Virus record (IMG/VR): IMGVR_UViG_3300031248_000010
Span: 1 to 26,658 of that record
DNA from: a virus
Lineage: Duplodnaviria > Caudoviricetes
Strand: one strand, 5' to 3'
DNA length: 26,658 bases
The translations under genes and the position numbers were made by a program. The notes beneath the pieces are model-generated. The model saw only the letters and a list, made by a program, of their open reading frames with translations, was not told where the DNA came from and did not search any database. Position 1 is the stretch's first letter, and each line of letters begins with the position of its first letter. Positions 1-6,224 of this stretch are shown in pieces.

Positions 1-2
1 AC

Positions 3-1478
3 CGGAAGGTCAACGACACGAATCCGCCAAACAAGGTGACGATTCAGGTGCGCCGCGACAACGACGGCACCGTCATCCGCACCTACCAGACCCTTGCTGC
101 GGAGCCAGCCGACGGTACGGCTTTCACCTTCTTTGCCACCGCCGACGGCACGAACGCTACGGCCGCTCGCGCCGGCGTGTATCGGCTGTACCTGCGGACC
201 GTCAAGGACGATTCGGCGCTGAACGCGCTGGACTACGACCTGGACACTGACGGAACCCTGACCACGGCTGTCGGCTTTGTTGGCACCGCATCGTTCGCTG
301 ATTCCGGCTGTCTGCGCGGAAACGCTTTGGGTTCGCTGGCAGTGAATGCCTACAACGCTGGCAAAGCGAAGTTCAGCTACCGCGACAATGCGGGCGCCGC
401 GAATCAGGTCATAACGCTGACAGCTACGCATACGCAGAAGCTCGGGGCGCCTTCTGGTGAAACAGCGCGACTGGATTTCCTCAACGCCGCCGACGCGCAA
501 TTCATTGCCGGGACGACTGGCATTGATGCCGGGACTTCGCACCAGCAGACCGTGACGGTCGGCAACAACTTCACCCTGGCGTTGGCGTCCTATGGTGCGC
601 GCTGGCTGCCGACGGGGAACGCGGCGTTCGTGCCGGACTCCGGGGCGATCTTGTGGACGAAGGCGATCGCCAATGGCGGCGGCACCGTGCAGGACGGCAA
701 CAACGTCAAGCGCAGCAGCTTCTACGACATCGACCCTCGCTTCACCATCGGCGTCCACGCCGAAGGCGACGACACCTACACGGTCGGAGGCAACGACACG
801 CTGTACGTTATCAGCGCGGATCAGCTATTCGCGTGGGCCGCTGACAACGCCGGTGGCGGTGTGCAAGACGCCAATGGCTTTGTGGTTCCGGGCATCACGA
901 TGACGCAGCGGCTGCTGAACGGAGCTGCGGTGGTGGTCACCAACACGGCAGAAGTGACCAACGCGGCGGGCCGCACGCCGGATCCCGGACTGGATTGGAC
1001 CACCTTCGTATCGGCCCCAGCCGGCAATCGCACGCAAGAGGCGTTTCCCAATGCCCCGGCAAATGCTGTCGGTCTCGGCACGGCTTCGCAGACCGTCAGT
1101 TTCTCGAGCGCCTTCACGGCCGATCGCGCGTTGGCGATCCGCGTGCCGGATGAGGTTAAAGTCGGCGATGCGATCATCTACACGATCGAGTACCTGAAAG
1201 GCGACGGCACGCGCGTCACGCTCGATTCAGCCCCAATCGCGCGGGTCTACTACCTCGACAGCAACGGCGTGCAGGTCGATGAACAGCCACCTGCCCTGGC
1301 CACGCAATTCGCCGGGCAGCAGGCGTGGTTCCGCAACTGGACGGTCAGCGTTGGTGCCGCCGACAAGGTCTGCGTGATCGAGGTGCGCGCGCCGTTCGCC
1401 GGAGCGCCGATCGAGGGGTGCGAGCCGGTGACCGTGCTGTCGCGCTATTTCTCGGTTGGGCGCAGCGCCGTGTCCTGA
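3..1478 (+). CDS. 5'-truncated beta-rich protein, probable virion structural protein with Ig-like domains
   Basis: Frame is open from base 3, so the GTG at 36 is probably not the start. Rich in Ala/Gly/Thr/Asn/Asp with alternating beta-strand patterns. C-terminal ~110 aa (VGDAIIYTIEYLKGDG...WFRNWTV...VIEVRA) looks like an Ig-type sandwich. Confidence 0.6.
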   Translation, partial: RKVNDTNPPNKVTIQVRRDNDGTVIRTYQTLAAEPADGTAFTFFATADGTNATAARAGVYRLYLRTVKDDSALNALDYDLDTDGTLTTAVGFVGTASFADSGCLRGNALGSLAVNAYNAGKAKFSYRDNAGAANQVITLTATHTQKLGAPSGETARLDFLNAADAQFIAGTTGIDAGTSHQQTVTVGNNFTLALASYGARWLPTGNAAFVPDSGAILWTKAIANGGGTVQDGNNVKRSSFYDIDPRFTIGVHAEGDDTYTVGGNDTLYVISADQLFAWAADNAGGGVQDANGFVVPGITMTQRLLNGAAVVVTNTAEVTNAAGRTPDPGLDWTTFVSAPAGNRTQEAFPNAPANAVGLGTASQTVSFSSAFTADRALAIRVPDEVKVGDAIIYTIEYLKGDGTRVTLDSAPIARVYYLDSNGVQVDEQPPALATQFAGQQAWFRNWTVSVGAADKVCVIEVRAPFAGAPIEGCEPVTVLSRYFSVGRSAVS

Positions 1479-1479
1479 T

Positions 1480-1515
1480 TTGCAAGCACGCAAGCATCCG
1501 CTCTAAGATGCTAGC
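1480..1515 (+). promoter_or_regulatory. Sigma70-type promoter with an overlapping inverted repeat
   Basis: TTGCAA (1480-1485), 18 bp, TAAGAT (1504-1509). Inverted repeat GCAAGCATC (1490-1498) / GATGCTAGC (1507-1515), 8 of 9 matching. Confidence 0.6.
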
Positions 1516-1517
1516 CG

Positions 1518-1940
1518 ATGAGCGACGAACTAGGCGGCAGAGCGGCAGGCGGGTACGCCCGAGCGAAAGCGCTGACCAAGGCGCAGCGCTCCGCGATCGC
1601 CAAGAAGGCCGCGACGAAGCGCTGGTCCAGGGGCGAGGACAGCAAGCCGCCGATCCCGCCAGCTCCCCCGGTCCCGCCCGCTGCGCTGCGAGATCCAACC
1701 GACGTACCGCGCCGCAACGACGAGGACCGCGATCCCACGCTCTACAACCGCGTGTTCAATTCGCCGGACGGCAAGAAGGTGCTCGAGGACCTGACCGCGC
1801 GCTACTACGACGTGGATACCTTCAAGCCCGGCGGCGTCGCCGAGCAGCGCGAGTCCGACGCGCGCAGCGCGCGCCGAGGCGTCATCCATTTCATCCTGCG
1901 CCGCATCGGCCAGGTATTCGATCAACCGGAGACACGATGA
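1518..1940 (+). CDS. Bbp19-like head-module protein with an N-terminal basic helical motif
   Basis: C-terminal half LYNRVFNSPDGKKVLEDL...RRGVIHFILRRI matches the small protein that usually lies between portal and scaffold. ATGA overlap with the scaffold gene. Confidence 0.8.
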   Translation: MSDELGGRAAGGYARAKALTKAQRSAIAKKAATKRWSRGEDSKPPIPPAPPVPPAALRDPTDVPRRNDEDRDPTLYNRVFNSPDGKKVLEDLTARYYDVDTFKPGGVAEQRESDARSARRGVIHFILRRIGQVFDQPETR

Positions 1941-2746
1941 TGTTCAAGCCGACATTCGCATTGCAGGTCGAGGCCGGAGCCGGAGCCGGCGGTGGCGGCG
2001 GCGGTGCAGGGGCCGGAGCCGGCGGTGGCACGGCGCTCGGCCAGGAGCCGGCGTGGGAGACGACCGTCCCCGCGAAGTTCCGCGAGGGCGGCAAGGCCGA
2101 CGGCGCGATCAATCACGGCGCGATCTACAAGGGCTATTCCGAACTGGAAGGCCAGATGCGCAACGTCGGTAAGCCGCCGGAGAAACCGGACGGCTACAAG
2201 TTCAAGCCGGACGACAAGTTCCCGCTCGACACCAAGTTCTTCGAGGACGTGCGCGGCAAGGCCCACGGCGCCGGCCTCACAGACGCGCAGTTCGAGGTTT
2301 TCACCGGCACTCTGGCCGAGACGGCGACGAACCTCGCCGCCGAGCTGCGCGCTGACCTGCTCGGCACGCAGGAGGCATGCGAAAAGGCCCTGGGCGAGGT
2401 CTGGAAGGACCCGGCGATGGCGGCGAAGAACAGGCAGGCCGCCAATCGCGCCTTCAAGCAACTGTTCGGCGACGACGCCGAAACGCGCGGCGTCATCGGC
2501 AACATGCCCAAGGTCATCATGGCGCTGGCGAAGATCGGTGCGGAAATGAAGGAGGACGATTCCCCGGGCGGCGACAGCTCGGCCGAGTCGGCGCAGTCGC
2601 TCGACTCCGAGATCGACAAGCTGATGCACGACCCGGCCTACGTGAATCCGTTTGCCAAAACGCACAAAGAGGTCAAGGCGAAAGTGGAAAAACTTTTCGC
2701 ACAACGCTACGGCACGGCTCCGGTATCTGGGTCGCGTGTCGCATGA
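1937..2746 (+). CDS. Capsid assembly scaffolding protein
   Basis: Gly/Ala-rich N-terminus, then VPAKF, KGYSELE, PPEKPDGYKF, AHGAGLTDAQF, LAKIGAEMKED, DPAY...HKEV. True start is ATG 1937 (GGAG upstream), not 1325. Confidence 0.85.
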   Translation: MMFKPTFALQVEAGAGAGGGGGGAGAGAGGGTALGQEPAWETTVPAKFREGGKADGAINHGAIYKGYSELEGQMRNVGKPPEKPDGYKFKPDDKFPLDTKFFEDVRGKAHGAGLTDAQFEVFTGTLAETATNLAAELRADLLGTQEACEKALGEVWKDPAMAAKNRQAANRAFKQLFGDDAETRGVIGNMPKVIMALAKIGAEMKEDDSPGGDSSAESAQSLDSEIDKLMHDPAYVNPFAKTHKEVKAKVEKLFAQRYGTAPVSGSRVA

Positions 2747-3225
2747 ATCGCCTTTTCTGGGCCAAGGTAGCCGTTGGCGACGAGGACGCCTGCTGGCCGT
2801 GGCTGATGGCGAAAGACCCGAATGGCTACGGGCACACTTCCGAAGATGGCGGACAACGCAAAGCGCATCGCGTGGCTTGGGAGAGGATGAACGGAAAGAT
2901 TCCAGACGATATGCACGTATGCCACTGCTGCGACAACCGTGCCTGCTGCAATCCTGCGCATCTATTTCTAGGTTCCGCGCTCACGAACATGCGCGACAAG
3001 ATCGCCAAGGGTCGCGCGCGCTACGTAGTGCCTCGCGGAGAACGCAACGGCCTTGCGAAGATCGCAGACGTCGAGATTCCGGTGATTCGGACGATGCACT
3101 TAAACGGTATGCGCCAGACCGCGATTGCGCGCCTGTACGGCGTGCATCCGTCCACGGTGAATAGCATCGTGCGCGGCAAGCACCGCACTGGCACTGGCTT
3201 TCTCATGATTTCCGGCACAGCGTAG
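2743..3225 (+). CDS. HNH homing endonuclease with C-terminal HTH-like DNA-binding domain
   Basis: FWAKV...CWPW...GYG...AHRVAW...VCHCCDNRACCNPAHLFLG...NMRD, then GERNGLAK and QTAIARLYGVHPSTVNSI. ATGA overlap at 2743-2746. Confidence 0.92.
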   Translation: MNRLFWAKVAVGDEDACWPWLMAKDPNGYGHTSEDGGQRKAHRVAWERMNGKIPDDMHVCHCCDNRACCNPAHLFLGSALTNMRDKIAKGRARYVVPRGERNGLAKIADVEIPVIRTMHLNGMRQTAIARLYGVHPSTVNSIVRGKHRTGTGFLMISGTA

Positions 3226-3228
3226 AAT
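3200..3228 (+). promoter_or_regulatory. Possible sigma70 promoter for the 3254 gene
   Basis: TTCTCA (3200-3205), 17 bp, TAGAAT (3223-3228), followed by an AAAGGAG ribosome-binding site. Confidence 0.4.
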
Positions 3229-3253
3229 CGACGGCTCCAAAGGAGAAACGACC

Positions 3254-3631
3254 ATGCAGATCGGACAGCGTGTATCAGCCCAGGGACAGGTCGGCCGGAT
3301 CAACACCATCCGCGCCAACGGCACGGTGGACATCGCGTGCGAGGGCGGAGGTTCCCTCGAGGGCGTGGATCGCCGCGACGTGGAAGTGCTGCCGATCGAG
3401 GAGTCCGAGACGACCCCGGTCAGCCACGCGCAGTCGCGCGAGCACGGCAGCCAGCCGCCGCCGCAGTCCGCTCCGCCGGAGGAAGCGCCGGCCACGAAGG
3501 CCGTCGAGCCGGACGACCTGACCGTGGCCGAACTCAAGGCCGAACTCGAGGCGCGCGGCGTCGAGTACGACACGAGCGACAAGAAAGACGACCTGGTGAA
3601 GCTGCTCAAGAAGGCCATCAAGAGCGGCTGA
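3254..3631 (+). CDS. Small protein: SH3/KOW-like N-terminus, linker, HeH/LEM/SAP-like C-terminus
   Basis: Strong RBS. QIGQRVSAQGQVGRINTI...GTVDI fits a small beta-barrel. DDLTVAELKAELEARGVEYDTSDKKDDLVKLL fits a helix-extension-helix motif. Confidence 0.75.
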   Translation: MQIGQRVSAQGQVGRINTIRANGTVDIACEGGGSLEGVDRRDVEVLPIEESETTPVSHAQSREHGSQPPPQSAPPEEAPATKAVEPDDLTVAELKAELEARGVEYDTSDKKDDLVKLLKKAIKSG

Positions 3632-3632
3632 G

Positions 3633-3662
3633 TTGACAGCGCGCGGCCGCGCGCCGTAGTCT
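3633..3662 (+). promoter_or_regulatory. Sigma70 promoter for the major capsid gene, with palindromic spacer
   Basis: Consensus TTGACA (3633-3638), 18 bp, TAGTCT (3657-3662). Spacer contains the perfect palindrome GCGCGCGGCCGCGCGC (3639-3654). Confidence 0.65.
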
Positions 3663-3668
3663 CAGCTC

Positions 3669-3819
3669 ACGGATTGAGCGGACGGACCCCAGATCGGGGC
3701 GAGTCCGCCGGGGACAAAACCCCTCCGTCGCCTCTGTAGGGCCGGCTCGAAAGAGCAGACAACCCGGGCAGGAGTGAACAGCGAAGTACCTGTTCCATTC
3801 CTTTCTCCCGGAGAGTCAA
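3669..3819 (+). ncRNA. Putative structured 5' leader of the capsid mRNA
   Basis: Several stems read by eye: CCCC/GGGG (3687-3699), GGGG/CCCC (3710-3723), GCTC-GAAA-GAGC (3745-3756), GGAGTGAACAG/CTGTTCCATTCC (3771-3801), and TCTC/GAGA over the SD. Confidence 0.45.
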
Positions 3820-4779
3820 ATGTCCTTCACCGTCACCGAAAACTTCGTCCGCCAGTTCGCGGCCAACTTCAACCTGCTCGCGCAGCAGCGCCAGTCGCGC
3901 CTCGAGCGCTTCATCAGCGACAAGGAAACCGGCGTCGTCGGCGACTCCTTCACGGCCGAGCGCATCGCCGGTGCGGAAGCCAACGATGTCACCACGCGGC
4001 ACGGCGACACGCCGATCCAGGACCAGGTCCAGAGCCGTCGCATCGGCTTCATGCAGGACGCCGACTGGGGCGAGCTGATCGACAAGCTCGACAAGGTCAA
4101 GCTGCTGGCCGACCCGACCAGCCAGACCGTCGCCAACTGCATCGCGGCGCTCAACCGCAAGAAGGACAAGGTCATCATCAACGCCGCGCTTGGCTCCGCC
4201 GCTGCGGGCGTGAATGGCGCCTCGTCCATCGCGCTGCCGGCAGCGCAGCAGATCGCCAACGGCGGCACCGGCCTGACGCTCGCCAAGCTGCGCACGACGA
4301 AGAAAACGCTGGACAACGCGGAGCAGAACGACGAGGCGTTCTTCGAAATGATGGGCCAGCAGCAGGCTCAGGAACAGCCGTATGGCAATTACGCCAACGC
4401 CGGCTACGTCCTGGTCTGCACGGCTGACCAGATCGACAACCTGCTCGGCGATTCGACCATCACCTCGGCCGACTACAACTCGGTCAAGGCGCTGGTGTCC
4501 GGCACGATCAACACGTTCATGGGCTTCTACTTCGTGCGCCTCCCCAAGACGGACACGGCCGGCAACAACATGCTGCCGCGCGTGGCCGCCACGACCGTCC
4601 GTTCGTGCTTCGCCTTCTCGCCGCGCGCCATGAAGTACGGCACCGGCGTCGAGCCGAGCGCGCGCATCGCCGAGCGTGCCGACAAGAAGTTCTCCTGGCA
4701 GGTGTACGGCCAGGTTAGCGTCGGCGCAGTCCGCAAGGAAGATGCCGGCGTCGTCCAGATCGACGTGATCGAGGCGTAA
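3820..4779 (+). CDS. Major capsid protein (HK97 fold, Bbp17-like)
   Basis: FVRQFAANFNLLAQQRQSRL, TRHGDTP, LIDKLDKVKLLADPTS, ALNRKKDKVII, TSADYNSVKALVSGTINTFMGF, ERADKKFSWQVY, GAVR...VVQI. Confidence 0.95.
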   Translation: MSFTVTENFVRQFAANFNLLAQQRQSRLERFISDKETGVVGDSFTAERIAGAEANDVTTRHGDTPIQDQVQSRRIGFMQDADWGELIDKLDKVKLLADPTSQTVANCIAALNRKKDKVIINAALGSAAAGVNGASSIALPAAQQIANGGTGLTLAKLRTTKKTLDNAEQNDEAFFEMMGQQQAQEQPYGNYANAGYVLVCTADQIDNLLGDSTITSADYNSVKALVSGTINTFMGFYFVRLPKTDTAGNNMLPRVAATTVRSCFAFSPRAMKYGTGVEPSARIAERADKKFSWQVYGQVSVGAVRKEDAGVVQIDVIEA

Positions 4780-4786
4780 AGATCAT

Positions 4787-4829
4787 CGGCGCCGCAGGTT
4801 CCCTGTGACCTGCGGCGCTGATTTCTTCT
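4787..4829 (+). terminator. Intrinsic terminator or attenuating hairpin after the capsid gene
   Basis: Stem GCGCCGCAGGT / ACCTGCGGCGC followed by TGATTTCTTCT (imperfect U tract). Confidence 0.65.
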
Positions 4830-4888
4830 CACTGGGAATCGCGCAGTAGGCCGGCACTCCGGCACCAACCGCGACAAGGAGCACCACG

Positions 4889-5326
4889 ATGACCACTTTC
4901 TACAGCGACCTCCGTACCAACGACCGGGCCTCGCCGCCGGTGAAAACCGACGTGACGCAGCTCGGCGCGCGCATCCGCTACGCCGTCGCCAGCTATACCG
5001 TCCCGGCGTCCAGCATCCCGACGATCGCGGACACGATCGAGTTGTTCTACCTGCCGAAGGGCGCGCGCATCCTGCCGGGCAGCAAGTTCTTCAACTCGGC
5101 GGGCGCGGCCTCGCAGACCATCGCAGTCGGCGACTCCGGCACGGCCGGGCGCTACCTTGCGGCCACGTCTGTCACGGCGGCTGGCTCGAACCTCATGGAG
5201 GCGCATCTGGCCTCCGGCGCGGTGTACGAGGAGCCGGCCGGCGCCATGATCCTGGCCACGGTGGGCGGAGCGACCCTGACGGCCGCCGCCGTCCTGACAT
5301 TCCACTTCAAGTACGCGCTCGACTGA
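4889..5326 (+). CDS. Capsid cement/decoration protein (Bbp16-like jelly roll)
   Basis: Directly after the capsid gene, AAGGAG RBS. DTIELFYLPKGARIL and TIAVGDSGTAGRYLAA are typical of this family. Confidence 0.8.
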   Translation: MTTFYSDLRTNDRASPPVKTDVTQLGARIRYAVASYTVPASSIPTIADTIELFYLPKGARILPGSKFFNSAGAASQTIAVGDSGTAGRYLAATSVTAAGSNLMEAHLASGAVYEEPAGAMILATVGGATLTAAAVLTFHFKYALD

Positions 5327-5354
5327 TCTTCCTCCCTGCGGTCGGGTGTAAATT

Positions 5355-5386
5355 AGGGCCGTCCTTCGGGGCGGCCCTTTTCTTTT
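5355..5386 (+). terminator. Rho-independent terminator
   Basis: AGGGCCGTCC-TTCG-GGGCGGCCCT followed by TTTCTTTT. Confidence 0.9.
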
Positions 5387-5398
5387 AGGAAACGGAAA

Positions 5399-5605
5399 AT
5401 GTCAGTTCTCAGCGCAGCAGAGCGAAAAAAACTCAAGCCGGAGCAGTTCGGTCTGCCCGGCGAGCGGAAATATCCGATGCCGGATCGCGCTCATGCCATT
5501 AATGCCAAGGCGCGCGCATCACAGGCAGCGGACGCCGGCCGGATCTCGGAGGCGACGGAGGAGAAGATTATCGCCAAGGCCAATCGGGTGCTCAAACGCC
5601 GCTGA
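5399..5605 (+). CDS. Small basic protein, DUF6582-like
   Basis: LSAAERKKLKPEQFGLPGERKYPMPDRAHAINAKAR motif; family name recalled, not searched. Confidence 0.7.
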   Translation: MSVLSAAERKKLKPEQFGLPGERKYPMPDRAHAINAKARASQAADAGRISEATEEKIIAKANRVLKRR

Positions 5606-5648
5606 GGCTGTAGGATTGGGCGCTATCGGCACCTGATGGGGGCGGCGC

Positions 5649-6224
5649 ATGGCTTCGGTGGTCACTATCTGTACGGATGCGCTGCTGCGCCTTGGCGACC
5701 GCCCGATCAACACGCTGGACGAGCAGACTGACCGCGCGCGGTTGTGCAGCAACCTGTTCGCCCAGGCCCGCGACTTCGTCATCCGGCGCCACCTGTGGAA
5801 TTCCTGCATCAAGCGCGTGGCACTGGCGCCGCTCGCGGCCGCGCCGGCCTTCGAATGGGACTTCCAGTTCCTGCTGCCGGCTGACTGCCTGCGCGTACTC
5901 TCGCTCGGCGAGAACCGCACCTTCACGGACTACCGCGTCGAGGGCAGCGAAAGCGGCCGCGTCATCCTCTGCGACGAAAACCCGCTCTACCTTCGCTACG
6001 TCTGGCGCAACGAGGATCCGGCTACATGGGACCCCGGCCTGATCGAAGCCGTGACGGCGCGCATGACGGTGCTGCTGGCGTACCCGATCACGAAGTCCGC
6101 CGCCGTCCGTGATGCGATGGAGTCCAGTTCCGAGCGAGAACAGAAGGTGTCGCGCGCGATCGACGGTCAGGAGGATGTTACCGACGAGTCCGTCAGCTCG
6201 ACGTTCATCGGCGTCCGCGCTTGA
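5649..6224 (+). CDS. Tail tubular protein A / head-tail adaptor (T7 gp11-like)
   Basis: VTICTDALLRLG..PI, ARLC..LF..ARD...R.HLWN..IKRVAL, LPADCLRVL, WDPGLIEAV. Confidence 0.9.
   Translation: MASVVTICTDALLRLGDRPINTLDEQTDRARLCSNLFAQARDFVIRRHLWNSCIKRVALAPLAAAPAFEWDFQFLLPADCLRVLSLGENRTFTDYRVEGSESGRVILCDENPLYLRYVWRNEDPATWDPGLIEAVTARMTVLLAYPITKSAAVRDAMESSSEREQKVSRAIDGQEDVTDESVSSTFIGVRA

Noticed and set aside
1325-1936. N-terminal extensions of ORF-track calls (1325, also 2377, 8745, 12694, 19222, 19797, 20316)
   Set aside because: They overlap real upstream genes; better starts with RBS or stop/start coupling lie downstream.
1970-2030. GGCCGGAGCCGGCGGTGGC-type short repeats
   Set aside because: Ordinary Gly/Ala linker at the scaffold N-terminus.
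3669-3819. Hammerhead ribozyme or tRNA in the capsid leader
   Set aside because: No CUGANGA core and no cloverleaf with a T-loop.
4740-4890. T7 10A/10B-style capsid frameshift extension
   Set aside because: No slippery heptamer near the capsid stop, and a hairpin follows immediately.
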